This document shows positions 55,476-64,000 of a stretch of DNA of 64,000 bases, piece by piece. The notes beneath the pieces were generated by a model that saw nothing but the letters and a program-made list of their open reading frames with translations, searched no databases and was not told where the DNA came from. Origin of the DNA: Clostridiales bacterium (GTDB lineage Bacteria; Bacillota; Clostridia; Oscillospirales; CAG-382); NCBI GenBank assembly GCA_003452915.1, contig DMMZ01000043.1, forward strand, positions 4,933-68,932, in the 5' to 3' direction. How positions within the stretch are numbered: the first letter of the stretch is position 1; each line of letters starts with the position of its first letter. Made by a program: the position numbers and the translations under genes.

Positions 55476-58016
55476 TTATATGAAATATGATGTTATCCAT
55501 ACAGGAACCAACCATATCATCTGGAGAATTACCATATAATATGAGCTGATTGCGGAAGCATCTCCCGTAATTGACAGGAAAAAAGCTGCAAAGAAAGAAA
55601 GAAAAACACTTGCAATTGTAATTATTGCATTACTCTTTGTAACGTGTCTTGCCTTATCACAGACAACAAACATCTTTAAAAAGGTATGTAACGAAGCGTT
55701 AGATACTATACCGCTGTCGATACTCTGACATTCACCATTCATGTCCTCGGGGCTGCCTGCTTTTAAGATTGCTATCGGACATTTTTTGAACTTTATTCCC
55801 GATGCCAGTAGTTCATTATTTATATTAGGGTCAAGAGTTTTTATACCAAGACACATTCCTGCCTTATACATGTCCTTTAGCAGACTGTCAAAAAGCGGGT
55901 TAAGTGTATATTTTATATAAACCTTAGCAGCAAGCGACTCGTTTAATACTACATACATTATTGAGCCGACACTCTTCTCGTACATATCGTCATCAGGGTC
56001 GCCTGGTGTCTCAAAGCGATAACGACGCATATAACTCTTTTTCCCAAGGAATATATGAGTTCCGTCCACCGCAACACATATGCCGTCAGCAGCAGATTCA
56101 ATAAGCCTAATACTCTTGGCAACAGCTACCGAATCACCTAAAACTCCTGCAAAAACCTTTTCAAGCGGACCACCAATAAAGGCAAATACCTTTGCCATAT
56201 CTGGTATAATCTTGTCTATTCTGTAATCACCGTAGGTTCTCAGGCTTGTAATTTTTACAAGATGAGCAGGGTATACCTCTGTATCCGCAAAAGACATAAC
56301 CGAAGCATCGGCATATTCCTCGGATACAGCGTTTCCAATAAATGCGGAATTGCATTTCGCACCTTTTTTATTCGCTGCTATTATAGGCAGCGGAATCATA
56401 AAGAAGGAGGAAAGCGGTACCGATGTTGTTATCAGCAATGAGAAAGACAAAAATGACGTTCGTAAATCCGAGCCCAACATATACATAACGGCAAAAAGCA
56501 CAACACCCGCCAATAGAATTGAAGGTATTAAGAAGTTAAATAAATCCTCGCCTTTTGCACGTTTTTTTGTTCGGGTAAAAAAGCCGCTTACAAAGTTTGT
56601 TTTCTTAACTGTATATAAATCGGAATTTTCCAATAGATATTTGTAAAATTCATCAGCTTCTTTTGCACTGTTGTCAAGCTCGGAAGCTGCATATTTTGTC
56701 TTTTTTGAAGCTAGAACTCTAAAACAATGATAGTCTTTTTTATTATTTTGATAATTAATTGTAATTGCACATACAGCTGCAACCGCACAGGGGAAGCCAT
56801 ATAGCTTTAATTCTGCCGATGTCGGATCTGTAAACAGCATAACAAATGAATATGCAGCAGTAAAAATAAACGATATCGTAAACATGCTGTCGGTGTTAAG
56901 TTTTAACTTAAATATACCTGACAAACCGTTTTTAATATTGGATATCATTACTAAAGCTGAGAAGAATAATAACTGCAAATCGATTAATATATATAGAATT
57001 CCATATCTGCCTGGTTTAAAAAAAACCGAGTGGAAAACACTGTCCTTTGTAGCCAACTCAAGGTAAAAAATTGCAAAAGCAAATATGATTACCGATATCA
57101 ATTTAAAACGACTGTGGTTAATTGCTTTTTTAAGCATTATATTTATCTCGGAGTTCTGCTCACGAGAAGTATATTCGTATTCGTTTCCTTTATTTAATTT
57201 TAATTTTTTCCTATGATTCTTTACTTTCTCTTTTTCTTTTTTCAGGAACTCGTCTATATCATAACGGCTCTCATCCATCATATTGAAAGCCAGCCGTAAG
57301 TTTATATCTGTTTCGTCAAGTGGTTCTCCGTCCTCATCCTTGATAGCAAGCTTATCCGCCTCATCATCCATAAAGGCGACCTGGTGTTCATCTTCCTCTT
57401 CATTATCAAAGGATATTTCACCACTAGTGATTTTTTCGGTAAGTTTCTCATAGTCGCTGTCAAAACTTGCAGTGGTCTTGGCAACCGGCTCGTCATCAAT
57501 TTCCTGTGTGTCTCCAAAATAAAACATTTTTTCTTGAGGAAAGGTGACTTTTTGCGGAACAGTGCTTGAATCCACAAGACGAATTTTATCTACTTCAGTC
57601 GGCGAGGAAACCTCTGCATCAGAAATAGTGGCTGTTGTTGCATGATGTATAAGTGAATATAATTCCTCAACCTTACTGCTTCTTGAACGAACTTTATTGT
57701 TATCGAAATATCCCAGCAGTTCTTTGTTTTCCTGCATTTGAAAAGCTAATGAATCACGCAGGCTCTGTGTGTTGGAAAAGGGCTTTTCTTTTTCCTTTTT
57801 TGTATATACACTTATAATTTCTGCTGCTTCGTCACATATTCTACCGGTATTATGTAATTTAGCGGATGGTTTTACCGCAAAATTTATTCCTTGTTGTGGT
57901 ACAGGCTTCACCGTGTCATTGATTTTAGTACGTTCGTATAAGCGTGCTTGTTCGTTAGCGATGTCAGCCTGCTTGAGAAGCTCTTTTAAATATAAACTGT
58001 TAGCGTCTTCCGGCAT
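55476..58016 (-). CDS. Large membrane protein, degenerate P1B-type ATPase homolog with a long acidic N-terminal region
   Basis: 846 aa. The C-terminal ~550 aa align by eye with heavy-metal P-type ATPases, but the key motifs are replaced: TSVPLS for the CPC helix, SFADTEVY for FDKTGTLT, KTLDPNIN for LTGDN, and no GDGxND. The N-terminal ~290 aa are Glu/Asp/Lys-rich. Confidence 0.5.
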   Translation of the reverse strand: MPEDANSLYLKELLKQADIANEQARLYERTKINDTVKPVPQQGINFAVKPSAKLHNTGRICDEAAEIISVYTKKEKEKPFSNTQSLRDSLAFQMQENKELLGYFDNNKVRSRSSKVEELYSLIHHATTATISDAEVSSPTEVDKIRLVDSSTVPQKVTFPQEKMFYFGDTQEIDDEPVAKTTASFDSDYEKLTEKITSGEISFDNEEEDEHQVAFMDDEADKLAIKDEDGEPLDETDINLRLAFNMMDESRYDIDEFLKKEKEKVKNHRKKLKLNKGNEYEYTSREQNSEINIMLKKAINHSRFKLISVIIFAFAIFYLELATKDSVFHSVFFKPGRYGILYILIDLQLLFFSALVMISNIKNGLSGIFKLKLNTDSMFTISFIFTAAYSFVMLFTDPTSAELKLYGFPCAVAAVCAITINYQNNKKDYHCFRVLASKKTKYAASELDNSAKEADEFYKYLLENSDLYTVKKTNFVSGFFTRTKKRAKGEDLFNFLIPSILLAGVVLFAVMYMLGSDLRTSFLSFSLLITTSVPLSSFFMIPLPIIAANKKGAKCNSAFIGNAVSEEYADASVMSFADTEVYPAHLVKITSLRTYGDYRIDKIIPDMAKVFAFIGGPLEKVFAGVLGDSVAVAKSIRLIESAADGICVAVDGTHIFLGKKSYMRRYRFETPGDPDDDMYEKSVGSIMYVVLNESLAAKVYIKYTLNPLFDSLLKDMYKAGMCLGIKTLDPNINNELLASGIKFKKCPIAILKAGSPEDMNGECQSIDSGIVSNASLHTFLKMFVVCDKARHVTKSNAIITIASVFLSFFAAFFLSITGDASAISSYYMVILQMIWLVPVWITSYFI

Positions 58017-58087
58017 TTTTCTGTCCTTTTCTCCAACGACTATTTTTTATATAAAACCAAATCACCATTTTTCGTTGGAATAATGGT
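58017..58087 (-). promoter_or_regulatory. Candidate cis-regulatory leader RNA motif, copy C
   Basis: Minus-strand sequence ACCATTATTCCAACGAAAAATGGTGATTTGG...GTCGTTGGAGAAAAGGACAGAAAAATG. The stem is ACCATT (58082-58087) paired with AATGGT (58064-58069), and the loop CCAACG is at 58073-58078. The CGTTGGAG box is at 58031-58038 and the ATG at 58016. Confidence 0.55.
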
Positions 58088-58168
58088 AAATCATAGGATG
58101 ATTAAACCGTTTTTACGATTTACATTCCTCCATAGGCGATAGAAATAACGATAATAGCATTAATAAAA

Positions 58169-58996
58169 TTAAATTTTTTTAGCCTTTTGCCTTGCTGCTT
58201 CAAAAAGTACAATTGCTCCGGCATTAGAAACATTAAGCGAATTTATTTTCCCGAACATGGGTATTGAAACTACAAAATCGCAGTTTTCACGAACAAGCCT
58301 TGTCACACCTGTGTTTTCCCCGCCCAGAACAAAAGCACATCCGTTGTCAAATTTGTTTTCGTAGTAAGGTGTTCCGTCTGCTTCGAGAGCATAAACCCAA
58401 ACATTGTTTTCTTTTAAAACGTTAATCGCTGAGCTAAGATTTACAACCCTTGCAACTGGCATATGGAAAACAGCACCGGCTGAGGCTTTGGCAACCGCAC
58501 CATTTACCGAAACTGCACGACGTTTTGGAATAATTACTCCGTGTGCACCTGCACATTCGGCTGTTCGGATAATTGCACCGAGATTATGCGGATCGTTTAC
58601 CGAGTCACAAATAACAATAAACGGCTTTTCTCCTTTTTCTGCTGCGATTGCAAGTATATTCTCTACACTCACATAGGCAGTCTCGGAAGCGGTTGCGGCA
58701 ACGCCCTGATGAACTCCACCACTCGACATACTGTCAAGCCTGCGTTTGTCAACCTCTACAATCGGTATTTTATTCTCAATAGCTTTTGCCACAATAAGCG
58801 TTATTGAACCTTCGCGTTCTCCTTTTTGAATATACAGCTTATCTATTTCTCTTTCACTTTTCAAGAGCTCAAGAACAGCATTTCTTCCAATAAAAAGATT
58901 ATCATCTTCCTCGGAATTATATTCTTTATAATTATTTTTTTTATTATTCTTATAATTATCAGGCAATTTATTTAACCCCACTTTTACGAAATTCAA
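58169..58996 (-). CDS. rlmB: 23S rRNA (guanosine-2'-O)-methyltransferase RlmB (SpoU/TrmH family)
   Basis: Has the GRNAVLELL substrate-binding domain and SpoU motifs (DPHNLGAIIRTA, LGGENTGV, IPMFGKINSLNVSNA). The non-ATG start is uncertain, and the low-complexity N-terminus may be shorter. Confidence 0.8.
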   Translation of the reverse strand: MNFVKVGLNKLPDNYKNNKKNNYKEYNSEEDDNLFIGRNAVLELLKSEREIDKLYIQKGEREGSITLIVAKAIENKIPIVEVDKRRLDSMSSGGVHQGVAATASETAYVSVENILAIAAEKGEKPFIVICDSVNDPHNLGAIIRTAECAGAHGVIIPKRRAVSVNGAVAKASAGAVFHMPVARVVNLSSAINVLKENNVWVYALEADGTPYYENKFDNGCAFVLGGENTGVTRLVRENCDFVVSIPMFGKINSLNVSNAGAIVLFEAARQKAKKI

Positions 58997-59100
58997 TAAA
59001 AAATCATGATTTCGTTATCCTTGTTGATTATATCATAATTATCGCTTTTTGTCACTCTTTTTTTCAAAAATTAACAAAAACCTTTATCTTCTTAATTTGA

Positions 59101-59139
59101 CAAAAAAATCGGGCAATCCAGAATAATTTAGATTGCCCG
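59101..59139 (-). terminator. Intrinsic terminator after the dockerin-hydrolase gene
   Basis: On the minus strand, a CGGGCAATC...GATTGCCCG stem (9 bp) is followed by ATTTTTTTG. Confidence 0.65.
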
Positions 59140-59248
59140 CACATATTAAATTATAAATTTTACTGACATCGTGAAAATGCGAAGCATTTATCTAATGCCG
59201 ACTATATAACGCTTAATATCTAACACTGCTTATGTCGGCTATTGTATT

Positions 59249-60664
59249 TTATTTCTGAAAAATATCAAATGAACCGAGAACATACCTCTTTAGCGATAAA
59301 AAGTCAGCAGCGTTGATTTTGCCGTCGTCATTCAAGTCACATGAAGTCTTATAATATTCGTCAGCCTTTACTGTTCCTAAAAACAAGCGCTTTATATACA
59401 GGTAATCAACTGCAGTTACAGTACCGTTTCCGTTTGCATCCCCCTTACGACTGATTACCGCCACGGCAGGATTGTTTTCGTCCATCAATACAGCATAATC
59501 TCCTGTTGCAATCTCACCGCTTTCTTTGAGCATACCATTTCTGTCATATATCTGTACACCACTGTTAAAAAGGAGCGATAAATTTTTAACCGTAAAACTC
59601 TCAGATTTTACATTTAATGCCGAATTAACGAAGTTTGCTTTTACCTTTTCTGTTTCATTAAAGCCAAGCTTGTAGAGGTTGCTCTCGTTTGATAATACTA
59701 CAATCGGATATGAACTCATATGACCTTCGTAGCTGATAATAACCGTACTTCTTCCTGCAATTCCAGCTTTCGAATTAATAACCGTAAACCCTTGATTAAT
59801 AATAGCGGTCGTTTCGTCATCGTAGGTTATTGTTAGGAATAGACCTGAAGTATCAATATTTTCTCCCTCTTTGTAAAACAACTTTACCGGTGCCGTTTTT
59901 ACCTCAACAGAGTAAATATCCTTGCTGTTATCTGCTGTTGCTATTGTTGCTGTATCTGAGGGGGTTGTGTAAAGATATTCACAGTATTCCATAGCAACCC
60001 ATCCCTCATATGAATAATAGGATGTTTTACCCCAAAGCATATCCCCTGTCTTTTTAGTCTGTGATATTGCAATTTTAGTTTCTTTGGCAATACGTGATAC
60101 CGCACTGTAGGAAGTATCGGGTCCGCTTCTGATATTAAGAATTTCATTAGTAACGTATATATCACCTGCGAGAACTTCAGCACTGTCTACATATGCACCG
60201 GTTGGTTCAACACCTGCCTGCCAGCCCCAACCTGCGTATATATTCCAGAAACCGGGTGTTATTTCCTGTTCAAAAACAGTCTCTCTTGCATGTATCATCC
60301 GATTGTTGCCTAAATAAATCGCAGAGTGACCGCCTTCGGATGTATAAAAATACAGCACCGCTCCAACAGGAATGTTCTCTTTCGATTTAGAGATCATCCA
60401 TTTGTTGCGTGCTTGTCCTGCACTTGAAATATATGCATTTGAGTAAATGCCTGCTGCCTCGTAACAGATACGAACATATCGCTGACAATAACCGTCATAC
60501 GCCCTGCTGCCGGTAAGACTGCGTGCATAAGCAATTATCATTTCAACTTGTGTTAAATTAGCGGAAGCTTCGGCTTTAAGTGTAACATTTGTTACCGGAT
60601 CTGCAACTCCGATGAGTATAACCGCCATGACCAGGACGGCTATGTATTTCTTAATGTTTTTCAA
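59249..60664 (-). CDS. Secreted NlpC/P60-like cell-wall hydrolase with SH3b-like, Ig-like and C-terminal type I dockerin modules
   Basis: 471 aa with a signal peptide. It has a C40-like segment (CQRYVRICYEAAG...GGHSAIYLGNNRMIHA), an SH3-like segment (LNIRSGPDTSY) and a duplicated dockerin Ca-binding repeat (GDANGNGTVTAVDYLYIKR / CDLNDDGKINAADFLSLKR). Confidence 0.7.
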   Translation of the reverse strand: MKNIKKYIAVLVMAVILIGVADPVTNVTLKAEASANLTQVEMIIAYARSLTGSRAYDGYCQRYVRICYEAAGIYSNAYISSAGQARNKWMISKSKENIPVGAVLYFYTSEGGHSAIYLGNNRMIHARETVFEQEITPGFWNIYAGWGWQAGVEPTGAYVDSAEVLAGDIYVTNEILNIRSGPDTSYSAVSRIAKETKIAISQTKKTGDMLWGKTSYYSYEGWVAMEYCEYLYTTPSDTATIATADNSKDIYSVEVKTAPVKLFYKEGENIDTSGLFLTITYDDETTAIINQGFTVINSKAGIAGRSTVIISYEGHMSSYPIVVLSNESNLYKLGFNETEKVKANFVNSALNVKSESFTVKNLSLLFNSGVQIYDRNGMLKESGEIATGDYAVLMDENNPAVAVISRKGDANGNGTVTAVDYLYIKRLFLGTVKADEYYKTSCDLNDDGKINAADFLSLKRYVLGSFDIFQK

Positions 60665-60908
60665 ATGTAATCCCCTACATCTAATACCAAATTTTTAAGT
60701 ATTATAACATGTTTGTCTTCATTTGTCAAGTTTCACTAGTATTTACTTACAAATCATCATATTTTAGGTTATTATTACATTATATTCATTTTTTATGCCA
60801 AAAAAGCATCTTTCATACAAAATATTGCGGTTTTGGTTAATTATTATTCTATGCAGATTTATAGAAAAGTCCATTTATATTAGAAATTTTTTACTGGTAA
60901 TTTATTAC

Positions 60909-60953
60909 ATAAAAAACCTCCGCATAAACGGTTTTTTCCGTATTTATGCGGAG
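60909..60953 (-). terminator. Intrinsic terminator after the nagA-ROK operon
   Basis: On the minus strand, a CTCCGCATAAATACGG...CCGTTTATGCGGAG stem is followed by GTTTTTTAT. Confidence 0.65.
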
Positions 60954-60972
60954 ACTATTTAAAACAAATTTA

Positions 60973-62349
60973 TTAATTCAACTTAGGAAGGCTTGCTGCC
61001 GCAACCGATTGTCCGACTCTGCGTGAGCTTTCGTCGGGAATATGCAGTTTTACTTGACTTGCAAGCTCGGGGAACTCTGTATCGAGAACCTCCTGAGCCT
61101 TTTTAAGGAGGATTACACCGCCCTCTCCCGAGGTAACTCTGCCCATTATAAGAACGTGCTTAATCTTGTAGAATTCTGCATAAAATGCGATTGCATAACC
61201 GAAATATACACCGATTGTATCATAAATTTTAACAGCTCTTTCGTCGCCTTCAGCCATAAGACGCTGAACAACCTTAAGCTTCTCTGCAGGTGAAGCAGAT
61301 TCGTCAAGCTCAATTCCTGCAGCAGGGCATAGCTTTATAACGCCATCCTGCGAGAAATATTTAACACCGCAGCCATAATCGCCCGACCACTCATCAACCA
61401 TTGCGTCCTTGCTGTAATCAACGGGAACAAAAGCAAGCTCGTTGAGCCAACCTGTTATGTTGCCCTGCTCGTCTACATAGCCACCTGCCTCGGAGGTACC
61501 CATTGCAACACCGAGAACATTCACGTCGTTAAGCTCCATTGCTCCTGCAAGAGCTGTTACGTCACCGTCGTTTGCAACTTCGATCGGGATGTTTTCACCG
61601 ATCTCTTTAGCAACATCTATATACATATTCTTTACATACTTATCAAAATCCTCATCGGAAACTTTTAAGAAGAGCGAAGCAATCATAATGCGGTTGTCAA
61701 CGTAAACGCCTGCACTGGAAACGCCTATGCCATCAACTCTGGGCATATGTGAAGCTGCTGTTTTCATCGACTCAAGAATTCCCTGATACTGATAAGAAGG
61801 ATCACTGTTCAACTTTGGATGCCAAATAACTTCCTCAGAATATACAGCTTCACCATCAATAACAGCACTGACTTTTCTGTCACTTCCGCCTGCATCAAAA
61901 CCAATGCGGCAGCCGTCCAGATGACGACCTACAGGAGAAGCTGCTTCGTATGTAACCGGAGCATTTTCAATGCTTCTTAGCTCAACTTCAAACGGTTTTT
62001 CATAAACTCTTGACATGAAGTGGAAATCGAAATTTCTTAAAGCTTTATCCTGATAAGCTGCTTTTATCTTCTCACCGACAATAGTACTTCCTGCGATAAT
62101 AATTTTATATCCGCCGACAACCCAAAGTAGTGCCTTTACCATTCTCTCAACAAAACGGAAATTCTCGTCATCATGACCAGTGCCGTCTGCAAATATTCTT
62201 GTTTTGTAAATTGTTGTATAACCCTTGTTACGCTGACATCCGATAACAAGGTCTTGTCCATTGTCCTTTGTTTTCTCTCTCATTTCGCGGCACACGACAG
62301 AAAGTGGTGTGAAAAGCGGGTCTAAAACTGCCTGTACTTTAAGCTTCAT
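60973..62349 (-). CDS. ROK-family sugar-kinase-like protein with an N-terminal extension of about 140 aa
   Basis: 458 aa. Has the ASKHA phosphate-1 motif (IGFDAGGSDRKV) and ROK-like GIGVSSAGVY and NDGDVTALAG segments. It overlaps nagA by 11 nt. Confidence 0.6.
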   Translation of the reverse strand: MKLKVQAVLDPLFTPLSVVCREMREKTKDNGQDLVIGCQRNKGYTTIYKTRIFADGTGHDDENFRFVERMVKALLWVVGGYKIIIAGSTIVGEKIKAAYQDKALRNFDFHFMSRVYEKPFEVELRSIENAPVTYEAASPVGRHLDGCRIGFDAGGSDRKVSAVIDGEAVYSEEVIWHPKLNSDPSYQYQGILESMKTAASHMPRVDGIGVSSAGVYVDNRIMIASLFLKVSDEDFDKYVKNMYIDVAKEIGENIPIEVANDGDVTALAGAMELNDVNVLGVAMGTSEAGGYVDEQGNITGWLNELAFVPVDYSKDAMVDEWSGDYGCGVKYFSQDGVIKLCPAAGIELDESASPAEKLKVVQRLMAEGDERAVKIYDTIGVYFGYAIAFYAEFYKIKHVLIMGRVTSGEGGVILLKKAQEVLDTEFPELASQVKLHIPDESSRRVGQSVAAASLPKLN

Positions 62350-63484
62350 AACGTATGGAACCTCCGATAATTGTTTTCTTTATTTCAAATCTTTCGTCTG
62401 CGACTATAATATCTGCATCTTTGCCTATCTCGATTGAACCCTTTCTGTCCGCTATACCGAGAGCGGTTGCAGGATTTAAAGAAGCACAATTAACAGCCTC
62501 GGAAACAGTTAAATCAGTGTTTGCAAGTAAATTATACACACCCTTGTTGAGAGTAAGCACGCTGCCTGCAATTGTTCCGTCCTCAAGTCTGCACTCAATC
62601 CCCTTTAAGATAATCTTTTGACCGCCGAGAGTATATTCACCGTCAGAAAGTCCACCCGATCTCAAGCAATCGGTAATAATTATGAGTTTATCCTTTTTGA
62701 GCTTATAAACTGTCGAGAAAAGAGCCGGATGAATATGGAAAGTATCGCATATAAGCTCTACATATACGTCATTGTTAAGTGCTGCACCTACAACACCGGG
62801 GTTGCGGTGTCCGAGAGAAGTCATAGCGTTGAAAAGATGAGTAATCTGCTTTACACCTGCAGTAATAGCGTCACAAGCCTGTTCATAACTTGCATCGGTA
62901 TGTCCCATTGAAACTATTGTATCGCACTCTCTTACTATTTTTTTAATAGCACTAAAATTCGTATCCATTTCAGGAGCAAGAGTAACTATCTTAATAACAT
63001 CGGAATTCTCGATTATTACATCAGCATCAGGTTTTTGTATGTAGGCTTCGTTCTGTGCACCTTTCTTCTTGGGGTTTACATAAGGACCTTCCGCATTCAT
63101 ACCAAGAATAGTTGTACCCATCCAGGATTTACTTTCTTCGGTCAGAGATCGAACAACATCAGCTGCTTTGTTTAAATCCTCTCTGGGAATAGTAACAGTT
63201 GTGGGAAGCCATCCCGTTACACCTTTCTTAACCAAACCTTCAGACATAATTCTGATACCCTCAGGTTTACAATCAGATGTATCCTCGCCAAGATACCCGT
63301 GGATATGTACGTCTATCAGGCCTGGAGCTACATACGCACCTTTAGCGTCGATAATTTCCGTACCGTCAGGAATAATTCCGGTTGTTGAATCGAAAATATC
63401 GACAATTTTATCCTCAAAAACCAAAGTTTTACCTGTAAGAACCCGATCTTTGAGAACAATTTTTCCGTTGATAATCGCTTTCAT
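62339..63484 (-). CDS. nagA: N-acetylglucosamine-6-phosphate deacetylase
   Basis: 381 aa. Has the amidohydrolase metal motif GLIDVHIHG, plus LAPE, HLFNAM and HRNPGVVGA motifs. Confidence 0.9.
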   Translation of the reverse strand: MKAIINGKIVLKDRVLTGKTLVFEDKIVDIFDSTTGIIPDGTEIIDAKGAYVAPGLIDVHIHGYLGEDTSDCKPEGIRIMSEGLVKKGVTGWLPTTVTIPREDLNKAADVVRSLTEESKSWMGTTILGMNAEGPYVNPKKKGAQNEAYIQKPDADVIIENSDVIKIVTLAPEMDTNFSAIKKIVRECDTIVSMGHTDASYEQACDAITAGVKQITHLFNAMTSLGHRNPGVVGAALNNDVYVELICDTFHIHPALFSTVYKLKKDKLIIITDCLRSGGLSDGEYTLGGQKIILKGIECRLEDGTIAGSVLTLNKGVYNLLANTDLTVSEAVNCASLNPATALGIADRKGSIEIGKDADIIVADERFEIKKTIIGGSIRYEA

Positions 63485-63519
63485 GAATAGAACACCTCAA
63501 ATTTTTATAATTAATTTTC

Positions 63520-64000
63520 TTATTTACCTGTTAATTTTTCAATACTGTCGTTATCGCCAACAATTACAACCTTTTCATCTGCGCGAAACAATCTTTCCGG
63601 GTTATTAAAAATCTCAAAGTTCTGGTTATCGTAATCGCAGGTTGCTATTACGTTTACCCCGTATTTTTTACGGATTTCAAGTTCCCTTATACTCATACCA
63701 ATCCAACGTTTTGGAACCTTTATCTCAGCAATTGAAAATTTGTCTGATAGGTTAAAATACTCCAGAACGTCATTTTTAGCAAGAATTTGTGCCAGCTTTT
63801 GAGCCATGTCCTTCTCGGGGAACACAACAACATCGGCACCGAGTTTTATTAGAACTTTTTTTTGCCGTTCACTGGAGGCTCTGGCGACAATTTTATTCGC
63901 TCCCATTTCCTTTAAAAGCAGTGTGATTAAAATACTGTCCTGCATATTATTTTCCATACAGACAACACAACAGTCATAATTATTCACTCCTGCTGTACGA
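63520..64000 (-). CDS. TrkA/KtrA-family potassium-uptake regulatory protein, C-terminal part (5' end outside the window)
   Basis: The frame is open to the window edge. It has RCK_N remnants (NKIVARASSERQKKVLIKLGADVVVFPE) and an RCK_C/TrkA_C segment (IAEIKVPKRWIGMSIRELEIRKKYGVNVIA). Confidence 0.7.
   Translation of the reverse strand, partial: RTAGVNNYDCCVVCMENNMQDSILITLLLKEMGANKIVARASSERQKKVLIKLGADVVVFPEKDMAQKLAQILAKNDVLEYFNLSDKFSIAEIKVPKRWIGMSIRELEIRKKYGVNVIATCDYDNQNFEIFNNPERLFRADEKVVIVGDNDSIEKLTGK

Noticed and set aside
1-64000. CRISPR arrays, rRNA operons, IS elements, integrases, prophage or toxin-antitoxin/defence islands.
   Set aside because: I saw no direct-repeat/spacer arrays, transposase or recombinase-like ORFs, phage structural genes or typical defence-gene domains. 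The only repeated non-coding sequence is the three-copy leader motif reported above.

Overview
This 64-kb window looks like chromosomal DNA from a low-GC, spore-forming Clostridia-type Firmicute. Supporting features are SleC-like, YaaT/RicT and dockerin-bearing proteins, AT-rich intergenic regions and frequent TTG/GTG starts. It is mostly housekeeping and densely coding. In order, it contains:
- the end of a pyrimidine operon (pyrD'-F-E-B-I);
- a large nitrogen-assimilation cluster: type III GS glnN and asnA on the minus strand, then a split archaeal-type glutamate synthase operon, type I glnA and an ANTAR regulator on the plus strand, followed by guaA, pyrG and nadE;
- a lipoprotein gene and an Opp/Dpp-type ABC transporter;
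- a small accessory-like stretch with a GNAT, an APH-like kinase, a flavodoxin, a Cu/Zn-SOD-like protein, two lone tRNAs and DUF3795 proteins;
- a three-gene glycerol-3-phosphate-dehydrogenase-like operon, typA, a SleC-like cortex hydrolase and several small unknown proteins;
- coaW, holB, ricT, an MBOAT/DHHW O-acyltransferase pair with secreted proteins, an EF-G paralog and a degenerate P-type-ATPase-like membrane protein;
- rlmB, a dockerin-tagged NlpC/P60 hydrolase, a ROK-nagA pair and a partial trkA-like gene.

I saw no CRISPR arrays, rRNA genes, transposases, integrases or prophage genes.

The most interesting signal is non-coding. A conserved leader element of about 70 nt occurs three times, at 9129-9204 (+), 41646-41717 (+) and 58017-58087 (-). 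It is a covarying hairpin capped by an invariant CCAACG loop, and that loop is exactly complementary to an invariant CGTTGGAGAAA box just upstream of the ribosome-binding site. The three downstream genes are functionally unrelated. I cannot assign the element to any riboswitch or leader family I know.

The second finding is a leader terminator in front of the GOGAT-glnA operon, whose last gene encodes a pseudo-receiver/ANTAR antiterminator.

All product calls rest on motif and family recognition by eye. No database search was run.
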